Assembly: GCA_002424045.1 (NCBI GenBank)
Contig: DIPH01000015.1
Coordinates: forward strand, 70,550 to 134,549
DNA from: Firmicutes bacterium UBA5493
GTDB lineage: Bacteria; Bacillota; Limnochordia; Darwinibacteriales; Darwinibacteriaceae
Direction: 5' to 3'
DNA length: 64,000 bases
This document shows, piece by piece, positions 37,638 through 47,924 of the stretch. The stretch's first letter is position 1. Each line of letters begins with the position of its first letter. Made by a program: the position numbers and the translations under genes. The notes under the pieces are model-generated. The model did not search any database and had not been told where the DNA came from. It was given only the letters and a program-made list of their open reading frames with translations.

Positions 37638-39419
37638 ATGAAATCCGTACGTATATTATGGAAGTACATGGCCAACAATCGACTATTATATCTTGGAGCC
37701 ATCCTCTCGGTAGGTTTGGCAAGTCTAGCCGCTATCTCCGCACCTTTGGTGATTCGCATCACCATAGATAATGTCATTGGAGATGAACCACTAGTAGCAC
37801 CTCTCTTGGTACGTAGCTTTGTGGAAAACATCGGTCAAGCACTTTGGGTCCCTGGTATAGTGTTGATTGTTATCACCACGTTCCGGGGACTTTTTCTATT
37901 TCTTAGGGGCAGACTGTCTGCCCAGGCTAGTGAGAACATCGCCAAGAACATTCGGGATCGCATCTACAACCACATCCAGAACCTCCCCTATAAATATCAT
38001 AAGGAGGTCGACAGCGGAGATATCATGCAACGATGTACCTCAGACGTGGACACGATTCGCAGATTCTTGGGTGTGCAACTCGTTGAAATGGGTAATGCGC
38101 TATTCATGGTGTTTCTTATCATCAGCATCATGCTCAGTGCTGATCTTCGCATGACATTGCTCTCCATGATCGCAATACCCATTATCTTCACTTTTGCCAT
38201 CGTCTTCTTCATTAAGGTGAAAAGGGCGTTCAGGGAGGCTGACGAAGCGGAGGCTGAACTCACCACAGTACTCCAGGAGAACCTGACCGGGATCCGCGTG
38301 GTGCGAGCCTTTGCCAATCAAGAGTATGAGATCACACGATTTGATGCCAAGAACCAAGTCAACCGCGACAAGCTCTACCGCCTGATTTGGCTTTTGGCCT
38401 GCTATTGGTCTGCCAGTGACTTCCTGGCCTTTCTCCAAATTGGCTTGGTGTTAGTCTCGGGCGCATATTTTGCTGCCCGGGGAGAGATCACCATGGGCAC
38501 CATGGCACTTTTCAGTACCTACATTGGTATGCTGGTCTGGCCCGTTCGTCAGCTTGGACGAGTTCTAACTGACATGGGTAAAGCGCTGGTGGCGGCGGAA
38601 AGACTGCAGGAAGTCTTCGATGAACCGAAGGAAAACCTCCTTGAAAATTTCCAACAGCCTCCTATTACTGGCGAAATAGTCTTCGATAACGTTTCCTTTG
38701 GCTATGAGCCCAATCAGCCGGTGCTGAAGAATTTGAGCTTCACTGTCAAGTCGGGCCAAACAGTGGCTCTCTTGGGACACACTGGTTCTGGTAAGAGTTC
38801 CCTCGTCCATCTCTTGGCCCGCCTTTATGACTACGAAGAAGGGTCCATTACAATGGATGGCATAGAGCTCAAGACCATTGACAAGAAGTGGATGCGCAAA
38901 AATGTTGCTGTAGTTTCCCAAGAGCCCTTCTTGTTTGCCAAGACCATTCGAGAGAACATCACCCTGGCAAGCGGCGATGTGTCCGACGAGGAGCTGTATG
39001 GCATCTGCCAAGAGGCGGCAATTCATGATGTAATCCTAAGTTTCGATCAGGGTTATGAAACCCTAGTGGGTGAACGGGGCGTCTCCGTTTCAGGAGGTCA
39101 AAGGCAGAGAATTGCCATCGCCCGTGCCCTTATTACCCACAGTCCCATTGTGATTTTTGACGATTCTCTAAGTGCGGTAGATACAGAAACAGACGTAGCT
39201 ATTCGTAACGCTCTGGGGAGGCGTTCCAATAGGGCCACCACCTTTTTAATCTCCCACAGAGTCACGAGTCTCTCTGGGGCAGATCTCATCTTGGTTCTGG
39301 ACCACGGAACGATCGTACAGCGAGGTACCCATGAAGAGCTGATGGCCAACGATGGACCGTACGCCCGCATTTGGGAAATACAGAATACACTTGAAGCCGA
39401 GATAACGAAAGCGAGGTGA
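37638..39419 (+). CDS. ABC transporter ATP-binding/permease protein (type-I exporter half-transporter, subunit 1)
   Basis: 593 aa. 6-TM domain plus nucleotide-binding domain with Walker A GHTGSGKS, signature LSGGQRQR, Walker B IVIFDDSLSAVD. Confidence 0.9.
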   Translation: MKSVRILWKYMANNRLLYLGAILSVGLASLAAISAPLVIRITIDNVIGDEPLVAPLLVRSFVENIGQALWVPGIVLIVITTFRGLFLFLRGRLSAQASENIAKNIRDRIYNHIQNLPYKYHKEVDSGDIMQRCTSDVDTIRRFLGVQLVEMGNALFMVFLIISIMLSADLRMTLLSMIAIPIIFTFAIVFFIKVKRAFREADEAEAELTTVLQENLTGIRVVRAFANQEYEITRFDAKNQVNRDKLYRLIWLLACYWSASDFLAFLQIGLVLVSGAYFAARGEITMGTMALFSTYIGMLVWPVRQLGRVLTDMGKALVAAERLQEVFDEPKENLLENFQQPPITGEIVFDNVSFGYEPNQPVLKNLSFTVKSGQTVALLGHTGSGKSSLVHLLARLYDYEEGSITMDGIELKTIDKKWMRKNVAVVSQEPFLFAKTIRENITLASGDVSDEELYGICQEAAIHDVILSFDQGYETLVGERGVSVSGGQRQRIAIARALITHSPIVIFDDSLSAVDTETDVAIRNALGRRSNRATTFLISHRVTSLSGADLILVLDHGTIVQRGTHEELMANDGPYARIWEIQNTLEAEITKAR

Positions 39420-39423
39420 TCCC

Positions 39424-41199
39424 ATGCAACACACACTTGCGCAGGAAGAAATCCACGAAGAGAAGATTGATGTCAAGCTGTGGGCTCAAATCCTGCAGTT
39501 GGCCAAACCCTACAAGCGCTACATTATCTATGCCATGCTGGGAACGGTGGCCATGGCGGGGGGCGACGCCCTCTTTCCCTACATGACGAAAGTAGCCATC
39601 GACCGCTTTGTGGTCCCGCAAACAGTGGAGGGTATCGGCTGGTTTGCTGTGGCCTTTGTTGCCTTAGTTCTAGTGCAAAGTCTCAATGTCTATATCTTCA
39701 TCAATATGGCTGGAAAAGTAGAATCAGGCATCACCTATACGATCCGCCAAGTTGGTTTTGAACACTTACACAAACTCTCCTTTTCATTCTATGACAAAAG
39801 GGCGGCAGGATGGCTCTTGGCCCGCCTTACCAGTGATGTAAACCGTCTGGGAGAGATTGTCTCCTGGAGTCTAATTGACCTTCTGTGGGGCGGAGTGGCC
39901 ATGATTTTTTATTCCATCGTGATGTTCAGTATGAATTGGCGCCTCGCCCTTCTGACAGTGTGCGTGATACCCGTTCTAGCGGTAGTTAGTGTCTACTTTC
40001 AAAAACAGATCTTAAGAGCCTATCGTAAGGTCCGCAGAGTGAACTCTCAGATCACAGGTGCTTTTAGTGAAGGAATTATGGGAGCCACAACCACCAAGAT
40101 TCTAAGCCGCGAAGAGGAAAACTTGAAGGAATTTCAGTCCCTTACTTCTGGGCTACGAGCCTCGAGCATACGGGCGGCCACCTGTTCTGCCCTCTATCTC
40201 CCCATCGTTTTGATGCTTGGCAGCATAGGCACCAGTCTGACGCTCTGGGCCGGGGGGAGTGGCGTGATTGCCGGGACCATTACCTACGGAGTATTGGTGG
40301 CCTTTGTCTCCTACACCATCCAGTTCTTTGAACCTGTGAGGGAAATTGCTCGGATCTTTGCGGAACTCCAAATGGCCCACGCCGCCGCGGAGAGAGTGAT
40401 GGGACTGCTCAACACCGAGCCTGAAATTCAGGATCGCCCAGGATTAAGTGATAAGTGTCCCCATCTGCAAGGTGCGGTGGAATTTGAGAACGTCAGCTTT
40501 GCTTATAACCCCTTAGAACCCGTCTTGGAAGACTTTAATCTCAAGGTCAAACCAGGGCAAACGGTAGCCTTGGTAGGCGAAACAGGCTCAGGGAAGAGCA
40601 CCATTGTCAATTTGGCCTGCCGGTTCTATGAACCTACAAAAGGCCGAGTGCTTATCGATGGAGTGGACTATCGCGACAGACCCCTTTCCTGGTTGCAGAG
40701 GAATTTAGGCTATGTTCTGCAGAGTCCCCACCTCTTTTCAGGAAATATCCGAGAGAACATCCGCTATGGAAATTTAAAGGCCAGCGATGCGGAGGTGGAA
40801 CAGGCCGCGAGGCTTGTGAATGCCCATGACTTCATTGTTAACTTACCCCAAGGTTACGATTCGGAAGTCGGTGAAGGGGGAGGCCTTTTGTCCACCGGGC
40901 AGAAGCAGTTGATTTCCTTTGCCAGGGCTGTCCTGGCTGACCCTAAGATTTTCGTACTCGATGAGGCCACCTCGTCCATCGATACGGAGACCGAAATGTT
41001 GATTCAAGACGCTATCAAGACCGTTCTAGAAGGACGGACCAGTTTTATCATCGCCCATCGCCTTTCCACCGTGCGCTCCGCGGATGTGATCCTCGTTATT
41101 CGAGATGGAAAAGTGCAGGAAAAAGGCAACCATACTGAACTCATGGCTGCCAAAGGATACTATTACCGCCTCTATACCAATCAATTTCTCGAAGGCTAG
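39424..41199 (+). CDS. ABC transporter ATP-binding/permease protein (type-I exporter half-transporter, subunit 2)
   Basis: 591 aa. Walker A GETGSGKS, signature LSTGQKQL, Walker B IFVLDEATSSID. Likely heterodimer partner of the upstream gene. Confidence 0.9.
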   Translation: MQHTLAQEEIHEEKIDVKLWAQILQLAKPYKRYIIYAMLGTVAMAGGDALFPYMTKVAIDRFVVPQTVEGIGWFAVAFVALVLVQSLNVYIFINMAGKVESGITYTIRQVGFEHLHKLSFSFYDKRAAGWLLARLTSDVNRLGEIVSWSLIDLLWGGVAMIFYSIVMFSMNWRLALLTVCVIPVLAVVSVYFQKQILRAYRKVRRVNSQITGAFSEGIMGATTTKILSREEENLKEFQSLTSGLRASSIRAATCSALYLPIVLMLGSIGTSLTLWAGGSGVIAGTITYGVLVAFVSYTIQFFEPVREIARIFAELQMAHAAAERVMGLLNTEPEIQDRPGLSDKCPHLQGAVEFENVSFAYNPLEPVLEDFNLKVKPGQTVALVGETGSGKSTIVNLACRFYEPTKGRVLIDGVDYRDRPLSWLQRNLGYVLQSPHLFSGNIRENIRYGNLKASDAEVEQAARLVNAHDFIVNLPQGYDSEVGEGGGLLSTGQKQLISFARAVLADPKIFVLDEATSSIDTETEMLIQDAIKTVLEGRTSFIIAHRLSTVRSADVILVIRDGKVQEKGNHTELMAAKGYYYRLYTNQFLEG

Positions 41200-41224
41200 G
41201 CCTCCTTAAGGAGGCCTTTTTTCT
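41196..41224. terminator. Bidirectional rho-independent terminator
   Basis: GGCCTCCTT-aa-GGAGGCC hairpin flanked by T/A tracts between convergent genes. Confidence 0.6.
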
Positions 41225-42575
41225 AAGGGATGAGCTCCTGTAGCTCTCGATAGTAGCCTTCCGTTTCTTCAACAGTCTTGGCATTGAAAAACACATAAAG
41301 GTCAGATAGTTGAATTGCAATATAGGGTGGGCTATTTTTATATACGTAGAGTTTACTCTGACCGAAGCCAGTCACGATAAAATTGCCGAGGGAATACTGT
41401 GCAGTCTCCGCGCCATTCATCCTTGTACTACGGGGTAACTCGTTCATCAAAGAGATGTTTTCAACATCCCCTGTAGAGAAAGCAAACCCGTAAAGAGGCG
41501 CCTTTACAATAACCTGACTATCTGTAATCTCCAGAGTATATTGGGCGGTATCGAGGCCGACGAAGAGAAAAAGCACTCCCAAGACCAATAAGCTAACTGC
41601 CGTGATAATCCCATAGTAGAGCAGTTTCCCCTTTTTTGATCCAATGTTAAACGTCTGACCGTAACCTACGCGTTTTTCCACGAGAATCCTCCGATCATGG
41701 GGATTGTTGTAGACCCCACCACGCCAATAGTCGTCCTCATCCACGATCAAAATAGAGTCGGCGCTATTCAAGATGCGATTCTGGCTCCGTCGAATGTGAG
41801 CTGCCATCATGACAACGGACCCGAGAGTTACGAGAGAGATCAAAGCCGCTACAGCACCTTGGCTACCTGTTTCCGAATAACGCAAGAATAGAGCAGAAAA
41901 AAGAAGAAGTAAGCTGTGCACGTTAGCTAATGCGACCCAGCACAGTGTCCACCCTCGAATCGAAAGGCGCGTTATGGCCAGATTAACCTCGGTGTCATCA
42001 CTATAGGCCCGAGCTCGTTCACGTGCTGAAAGCACCCAAAGAAGGTAAAAAAGGAGGGTTTCTCCACAGGCTAAAGCGCCAAAAAAAATGTTGTCCCGAG
42101 AACCCCCCCACACCAAAAGGCCCACTGCTGCCAAGACAGGAGGTAAGAACCACAGCCTGGGAACGGGCATTTTCTCCTTTTCCCGAGAGACAATAAGGTC
42201 AACGCTTACAGTGTTGGTAGCTCCCATGTACCACCCTTCCTGGGCCTTAAGGTCCCTAAGACTTTGGGAATAGGAGCCCAGTATCATATTTCCTCCCAAC
42301 AGGAGAAGACCAAGCCATAGGGTTAAAAGGAGGAAGACTAGGCTAGCCTCCCTAGGTAAGGCGATCAATATCCCCCCCACTAGAGCCGCAAAGAAGAGGA
42401 GCAAGTTCGCCCTCTTATACCTGCTAACGATGTCACGAACTCGAAGATCGCCCTGGACCTCCCTGGGTATGGTTACGCCCAGAATTACATTTTTCTTCGC
42501 AGTTGCTGCCGACTGGAAACTAACAAAAAAGGAAACGGCAATGATTAATAGCGTTGAAGCTAAGAAAAAGGTCAT
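41223..42575 (-). CDS. Polytopic membrane protein of unknown function with C-terminal soluble beta-rich domain
   Basis: 450 aa with multiple TM helices. Start/stop overlaps the upstream GntR gene. Confidence 0.5.
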   Translation of the reverse strand: MTFFLASTLLIIAVSFFVSFQSAATAKKNVILGVTIPREVQGDLRVRDIVSRYKRANLLLFFAALVGGILIALPREASLVFLLLTLWLGLLLLGGNMILGSYSQSLRDLKAQEGWYMGATNTVSVDLIVSREKEKMPVPRLWFLPPVLAAVGLLVWGGSRDNIFFGALACGETLLFYLLWVLSARERARAYSDDTEVNLAITRLSIRGWTLCWVALANVHSLLLLFSALFLRYSETGSQGAVAALISLVTLGSVVMMAAHIRRSQNRILNSADSILIVDEDDYWRGGVYNNPHDRRILVEKRVGYGQTFNIGSKKGKLLYYGIITAVSLLVLGVLFLFVGLDTAQYTLEITDSQVIVKAPLYGFAFSTGDVENISLMNELPRSTRMNGAETAQYSLGNFIVTGFGQSKLYVYKNSPPYIAIQLSDLYVFFNAKTVEETEGYYRELQELIP

Positions 42576-42961
42576 CAGATTTTTTCCCCCTGATCTAGAT
42601 TCTCACAGAGCTGTTCACATGTTTTCATAAACTCGTCCTTGCCCATACCTCGGGCTAAGCCTTCCGCAATTGAGAGGGCTAGTTGCTTCTGCCAATGGCC
42701 GGGAAAATGAGGCTCTGCATCAGCAGAAACCCTAACCTTAGCTCCCTGACGGCGGTCGATTTCAATGAACCCCTGATCTTTCAAGAGCGTATAAGCCTTA
42801 TTGACCGTCATTGCATTTATCCCCAGGTCCTCGGCCAATTGTCGGACACTAGGCAAGCCCTCCCCCGCTTGTAGGCTCCCAGAGGCAATACCCAAGACGA
42901 TGGCATTTCGCAGCTGAAGATAGATGGGCTCTTCCCCAGTCATGTCTAGTGTGATGAGCAT
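42575..42961 (-). CDS. GntR-family transcriptional regulator, YtrA subfamily (short C-terminal domain)
   Basis: 128 aa. GntR wHTH LPSVRQLAEDLGINAMTVNKAY with a short two-helix C-terminus typical of YtrA. Confidence 0.8.
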   Translation of the reverse strand: MLITLDMTGEEPIYLQLRNAIVLGIASGSLQAGEGLPSVRQLAEDLGINAMTVNKAYTLLKDQGFIEIDRRQGAKVRVSADAEPHFPGHWQKQLALSIAEGLARGMGKDEFMKTCEQLCENLDQGEKI

Positions 42962-42976
42962 AGAATCCCTCCCTTT

Positions 42977-43013
42977 GTCTTACCTGTATTACTAACTATA
43001 ATACAAGTAAGAC
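42977..43013. promoter_or_regulatory. 15-bp imperfect inverted repeat GTCTTACCTGTATTA-N7-TAATACAAGTAAGAC spanning a TATAAT box (candidate YtrA-type operator)
   Basis: 14 of 15 positions complementary. Lies 16 nt upstream of the GntR start, in the divergent region with the cupin gene. Confidence 0.45.
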
Positions 43014-43126
43014 AGAAATGCAAGGAAAACCACCAATCCTTTCATACCTCCATTAGCAGGTTTTTTCGCTAAACCAGCGAAGTTTCAAAGACAAACGTGG
43101 TGTAAAGATGGGAATGGAGGATAACG

Positions 43127-43477
43127 ATGATTCGAAAAAGCAAAGAAATCAAAACTGATGTCTATGAGAAGCGTTTTGGCGGTGAGGGAACCGTCACCAT
43201 GCGGCAATTGCTAAATGGACCCGAGGAGATGTACAAAAAGGGACGCCTTTTTGCCCATGGCATTCTTGAGGTAGGATCTTCTCTGGGCTATCATGTCCAT
43301 GAAAACGAGTCGGAGACCTTTTACATCCTGCGGGGCACAGCTGAGTATGATGATAATGGAACGAAGGTGACTGTGCACCCTGGCGATGTCACCTTTACGG
43401 CAGCCGGTGAAGGCCATGGTCTGAAAAATATCGGCCAAGAGCCCCTAGAGTACATTGCGCTCATCCTGTACAAATGA
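43127..43477 (+). CDS. Cupin domain protein
   Basis: 116 aa with cupin motifs G(X)5HXH...(HVHENE) and G(X)5PXG...H. Confidence 0.75.
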   Translation: MIRKSKEIKTDVYEKRFGGEGTVTMRQLLNGPEEMYKKGRLFAHGILEVGSSLGYHVHENESETFYILRGTAEYDDNGTKVTVHPGDVTFTAAGEGHGLKNIGQEPLEYIALILYK

Positions 43478-43487
43478 CCCAATTTCC

Positions 43488-43516
43488 TTGACTACCATTT
43501 CTGGCTAAGCTATAAT
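43488..43516 (+). promoter_or_regulatory. Sigma-70-type promoter (TTGACT-17 nt-TATAAT)
   Basis: Consensus -35 and -10 hexamers with 17-nt spacer, about 20 nt upstream of the FMN riboswitch. Confidence 0.7.
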
Positions 43517-43535
43517 GAATGTGAAAATTGCATAC

Positions 43536-43735
<200 letters not shown>

Positions 43736-43791
43736 GTGGACGTTTATTTTGTGTGTGAAGGTTTCGATGTTCAATTGGAAGGAGTCAAATT

Positions 43792-45063
43792 ATGTTCAAG
43801 AAATCAAAGCTGTCTGTTGTCGTGTTCACGATCGTCACAGGGTTCTTGTTCGCAATGGCCGGCGCCAAAGCGAATGTCACTACCATCAATTACTGGCATT
43901 ACCTCAGTGGAGATAATGCTGCGATCCATGAACAGATGGTGCAGGAGTTTAATGCCCAACATCCCCACATCCAAGTTGAAATGCTCTACACTGGGAACCA
44001 GTTTGTAGCGAGAGACAAACTTCTAGCTTCAGTGGCGGGAAGCGTGACCCCCGATGTGGCCTTAGTGGACCAGTTTTGGCCCCCCCTCATGGTTTCCAGC
44101 GGAGCGCTGGTGCCTCTACGGGATTTTGTAGACCCCGAAGAGTATTTGCAGGACTATAGCCAGGTTTCCAGAGACACTGTAACAGTCCATGGAGAAGCTT
44201 GGACAGTTCCCTTTTCCTTAAGCAACCAGATCCTTCTTTACAATAAAGATAAGTTCAGAGAAGTGGGTCTGGATCCAGAAAAGCCTCCCACAACATGGGA
44301 TGAATTGGTGGAGTACGCCAAAGTTCTTACACGGGACATTGACGGTGACGGACGCATAGATGAATGGGGTGTAAACTTCACAACTAGAGCGAATCTAGGC
44401 TCCATGTATGCTTTTGTAACTTTCTTGTGGCAAGCGGGAGGCGAGCTGTACAGCGAAGACTACAGTGAAGCAACCTTCGACGACGCTACAGCCCGAGACA
44501 CGGTGCAGTTTTGGATTGATCTTGCACATAAGCACCAAGTGCTCTCCCTCTCTCCGCCAGCTGATGGATTTGAGATTGGCCGCATTGCGATGCAGTATTC
44601 AAGCACATCATCCATCGCTGCCACCAAGAACAAAGTGGACTTTGATTTAGGGGTAGCGGCACTACCAGGGAAGAAGAACACAGTTACAGGCGTAGGTGGC
44701 AGCAGTTTGGCCATTTTCAAGACAACGTCTGAGAAACAAGCAGCAGCCTGGGAATTTGTGAATTGGATGTCCAGTGCTGAAAACAATCTGAAGTGGAGTA
44801 TGGCCACGGGGTACATTCCCCTGAGGCTTTCAGTGCGAAAGTCCGCCACCTACCAGCAATACCTGGCAGATGAGCCCCATATGCAAATCGTACTTGAGCA
44901 GTCAGATTACGCAAGGGCCAGACCAAATACTGTAAGCTATGCAGACCTATCCCGCATTTTAGGTGTGGCAGTGGAGGAAGCACTCTACGGCAACACCAAT
45001 CCAGAACCGATTCTCAATCATGCCGTTAGAGAAGCAAACACCTATATTCAAGCCCTGGACTAA
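43792..45063 (+). CDS. Extracellular solute-binding protein, family 1 (CUT1-type ABC substrate-binding protein), orphan
   Basis: 423 aa. Signal peptide ...AMAGAKA|NV without lipobox. SBP_bac_1-like. Ribosome-binding site GGAAGGAG. No permease or ATPase genes adjacent. Confidence 0.85.
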   Translation: MFKKSKLSVVVFTIVTGFLFAMAGAKANVTTINYWHYLSGDNAAIHEQMVQEFNAQHPHIQVEMLYTGNQFVARDKLLASVAGSVTPDVALVDQFWPPLMVSSGALVPLRDFVDPEEYLQDYSQVSRDTVTVHGEAWTVPFSLSNQILLYNKDKFREVGLDPEKPPTTWDELVEYAKVLTRDIDGDGRIDEWGVNFTTRANLGSMYAFVTFLWQAGGELYSEDYSEATFDDATARDTVQFWIDLAHKHQVLSLSPPADGFEIGRIAMQYSSTSSIAATKNKVDFDLGVAALPGKKNTVTGVGGSSLAIFKTTSEKQAAAWEFVNWMSSAENNLKWSMATGYIPLRLSVRKSATYQQYLADEPHMQIVLEQSDYARARPNTVSYADLSRILGVAVEEALYGNTNPEPILNHAVREANTYIQALD

Positions 45064-45089
45064 ACGTCTTGAACTCAGGTCCGAGAGAT

Positions 45090-45125
45090 TGGAAAAGGCT
45101 CAGGTTACACCTGAGCCTTTTCGCT
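45090..45125. terminator. Bidirectional terminator hairpin between convergent SBP and MFS genes
   Basis: AAAGGCTCAGGT-taca-CCTGAGCCTTT perfect stem overlapping the MFS stop codon. Confidence 0.55.
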
Positions 45126-46268
45126 TTGCTGCTTTTCCGGGTTGTATCTCACGTAGAGAAGCAATCCAAGTGCGTTTGCTGCAGCCACGGCCAGCCAGAA
45201 TAGAGCATAAGAATGAGCCGCCAGCCAGGACAGACCGATGGAACCCAGGACAATACCCAAATCGAAGGCATTACTAAAAAAGGCTAGGTCATTAGAGGCA
45301 TCGATGGCATTGATACTGTATCCTGGCACCATAGCCATGAGTACCGTATTCACAAAACCAAAACCCACTCCGCATAAGACAGCGGACAAAATCAAGATCA
45401 CCGCTCCATTTAATATGGTCAAGAACAAGAGACCAGCGATGAGCAGACAAAAGCCTGGGACAATCATGGCGCTACGCCCAAAGCGATCTGAAAGATAGCC
45501 AGAAACAGCTCCACTTAAGGTATATGTGAGGGCAAATAAACCAAAAAATAAGCTGGGATTCTCGATTCCCACTGCTCTCGCGTGGAGTGCAAACATGGAG
45601 GAAATGGCTCCCATAACAGAGGCCGACAGAAACATGCTTCCAGATAATACCAGGAGATTGTGGTTTTTCCAGGGCGGATGGGGTTGGTACGCTCGGCCCA
45701 TACCAGGGCTAAGACCTCCGGTTTTGCCCCCAATGGCAAAACCGAGAACCATGGCCACGCCCACAATCACAGTCGCCCCCCAAAAGAGGGTGGAATAGCT
45801 AAAGCTCTCAGCCAAAAAGCTCCCTAACAAAGGACCAACCATCATGCCCAAACCGATGGTGGCTGCAAAGATCCCAAAGAACAAACCTCTGTTATGCGAT
45901 CTCGTGTTATCCGACAGCATACCCTGCGCCCCAACCACAAAGCCAGCAAGTCCAACGCTTTGGAGCAGACGAACCAAGGCCAAGAAACCAAAGCCGAAAA
46001 AGGGTTGGTATAAGAATAAGACAAAGGTAGCAATGACCAAGCCGATCCGTAAGACCAAGAGGCTTGAATGGCGGGTGGCCATCTTTCCAAAAAAGGCCTT
46101 AGAGACAATCGCTCCAAGGGACAGAAGACCCACAATCACTCCAACCACCACTTCACTACCGCCAAGTCCAATGATGTACAGAGGCAAAGTGGGTACAAAC
46201 ATCTGATTCATGGTGTGATACAAGAAGGTGATCAACAATACGAGAATTGTATCTTTGTGTTTTGCCAT
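45105..46268 (-). CDS. MFS transporter
   Basis: 387 aa, 12 predicted TM helices, MFS motif region G..SDRFGR. Confidence 0.85.
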   Translation of the reverse strand: MAKHKDTILVLLITFLYHTMNQMFVPTLPLYIIGLGGSEVVVGVIVGLLSLGAIVSKAFFGKMATRHSSLLVLRIGLVIATFVLFLYQPFFGFGFLALVRLLQSVGLAGFVVGAQGMLSDNTRSHNRGLFFGIFAATIGLGMMVGPLLGSFLAESFSYSTLFWGATVIVGVAMVLGFAIGGKTGGLSPGMGRAYQPHPPWKNHNLLVLSGSMFLSASVMGAISSMFALHARAVGIENPSLFFGLFALTYTLSGAVSGYLSDRFGRSAMIVPGFCLLIAGLLFLTILNGAVILILSAVLCGVGFGFVNTVLMAMVPGYSINAIDASNDLAFFSNAFDLGIVLGSIGLSWLAAHSYALFWLAVAAANALGLLLYVRYNPEKQQSEKAQV

Positions 46269-46286
46269 CGAGACTCTCCACCCATT

Positions 46287-46919
46287 CTACAAGACAAAGA
46301 GAAAAATCATCAAAAAGTGTAGTACTGTCCCTAAGCCGACGAAAATATGGAAAATCTCATGAAAACCAAATCGTTTGGGGACGAAATTAAAAATCTTAGT
46401 GGCATAGATAATCGCGCCAATGGTGTAGGCTGCACCACCTGCCACCATGAGAATGAGGGCGGGTTTCGCCAAAGATTGTAGAAGTTGGCGAAAGGGGATG
46501 ATGGCCATCCAACCTAAAGCCAAGTAGAATCCCGCGGTAACAGCCCGTGGTAAGCCTACCAACCAGATCTTGAGGACAGCACCTACCGCGGCAAGACCCC
46601 AAATAACGCCTAACATGATCCAGCGCCACAGACCTTCCAGACCATAGTATAATATAGGTGTATAGGTACCTGCAATCAACATATAGATGGAGATATGGTC
46701 CAACTTACGCAGGAGCAACTCCTTCTTGGGCGTTGTACGCACCCAATGATAAAGTGTACTGGCCCCATAGAGCATGATGATACTCAGGCCAAAAATCAAG
46801 GCCACAGTCACTCCAGGTACCGTTCCCCAGGCTCTCCAAACAAGAAGCCCTAAACCTGCTAGACCAGCGAGGAACATGGCAAAATGGGTAAGGGCATTCA
46901 CTGGTTCTTTAATCTTCAC
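46287..46919 (-). CDS. Hemolysin III / PAQR family membrane protein
   Basis: HlyIII motifs NALTHF...LYGASTLYH...HIFV. GTG start chosen 8 nt after AGGAGGTG ribosome-binding site; the ORF-table start lies further upstream. Confidence 0.75.
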   Translation of the reverse strand: MKIKEPVNALTHFAMFLAGLAGLGLLVWRAWGTVPGVTVALIFGLSIIMLYGASTLYHWVRTTPKKELLLRKLDHISIYMLIAGTYTPILYYGLEGLWRWIMLGVIWGLAAVGAVLKIWLVGLPRAVTAGFYLALGWMAIIPFRQLLQSLAKPALILMVAGGAAYTIGAIIYATKIFNFVPKRFGFHEIFHIFVGLGTVLHFLMIFLFVL

Positions 46920-47049
46920 GATGGACTCACCTCCTCGACTATTCTTCCCTTCCAGCGAGAAAACTCCTGCTTTGTTCGGTTCAAAGAAGGACAAATATCG
47001 CCGGCTTAGAATATTGATCGTAAGTAGCTACAAAAAGGAGCTGTGTCCC

Positions 47050-47913
47050 ATGGGTGATTTGACCCTAATTTTGTGGGCGCAAGAATTTGTCAGCCCTGCC
47101 TTAACCGCTTTTTTTGCCGCCATTACGTCCCTTGGTTCTCTGGAGTTTTATATGCTAACCATTCCAGTTATTTATTGGATGGTCGACAAACACTTTGGTT
47201 TCCGCTTCTCCATTTTCTTTATCTTTTCGGCGTACATTAATTCGGGGGCAAAGCACATCTTTGTGACCGAGCGTCCCCCTCGCGAGCTTCGCCTCGTAAG
47301 TCAAGAAGGTTATGCCTTCCCCAGTGGACACGCGCAGGGTAGCACAGCCTTTTGGGGTTTTCTTGCCCTCAAGCTAAAAACCCCCCTAGCCTGGGCTGGG
47401 GCTGTGGCCATGATTCTTTTGGTGAGTTTTTCACGGATCTACTTGGGGGTACACTGGCCCATTGATATTCTTGGCGGATTAACCATAGGTGTTCTCCTAC
47501 TCTTAGCCTACTCTCCAATGGCTAAGGTGGACCTAGAAAGAATCTCCCTCAGAACTTGGATGCTGGGCTCCGTTCTCAGTGCTACTATTCTCTACCTTCT
47601 ACATCCTACGGGTGATGGGCCTATGACTGTGGGTTTTCTACTTGGGGCTCTCCTTGGCTATCGTTTAGAACTCCGCTATGTGAAGTTCCAGGAGGATGCC
47701 ACCCTTGTGCAAAATGTCGTGAAACTAATCCTGGGCTTAGCTGCGCTGTTCGCATTGCGGATTGTCCTTAAGCCACTTGTCAGCTGGCTGCCTGGGGGAA
47801 TCGATTACGTGGTCCGTTATGGATTCTTGGGACTCTGGGCTAGTCTGGGTGCCCCCTTTGCCTTTACAAGACTGGGTTTGTTTAAAAGAACAGATGTTGT
47901 AGAAACGCTCTAA
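47050..47913 (+). CDS. PAP2-family phosphatase (phosphatidic acid phosphatase type 2 / undecaprenyl-diphosphatase-like)
   Basis: PAP2 motifs KxxxxxxRP (TERPPRE), PSGH (FPSGHA), SRxxxxxHxxxD (SRIYLGVHWPID). Start trimmed to MGDLTLIL with AAAGGAG ribosome-binding site. Confidence 0.8.
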   Translation: MGDLTLILWAQEFVSPALTAFFAAITSLGSLEFYMLTIPVIYWMVDKHFGFRFSIFFIFSAYINSGAKHIFVTERPPRELRLVSQEGYAFPSGHAQGSTAFWGFLALKLKTPLAWAGAVAMILLVSFSRIYLGVHWPIDILGGLTIGVLLLLAYSPMAKVDLERISLRTWMLGSVLSATILYLLHPTGDGPMTVGFLLGALLGYRLELRYVKFQEDATLVQNVVKLILGLAALFALRIVLKPLVSWLPGGIDYVVRYGFLGLWASLGAPFAFTRLGLFKRTDVVETL

Positions 47914-47924
47914 CAAGAAAGTGA

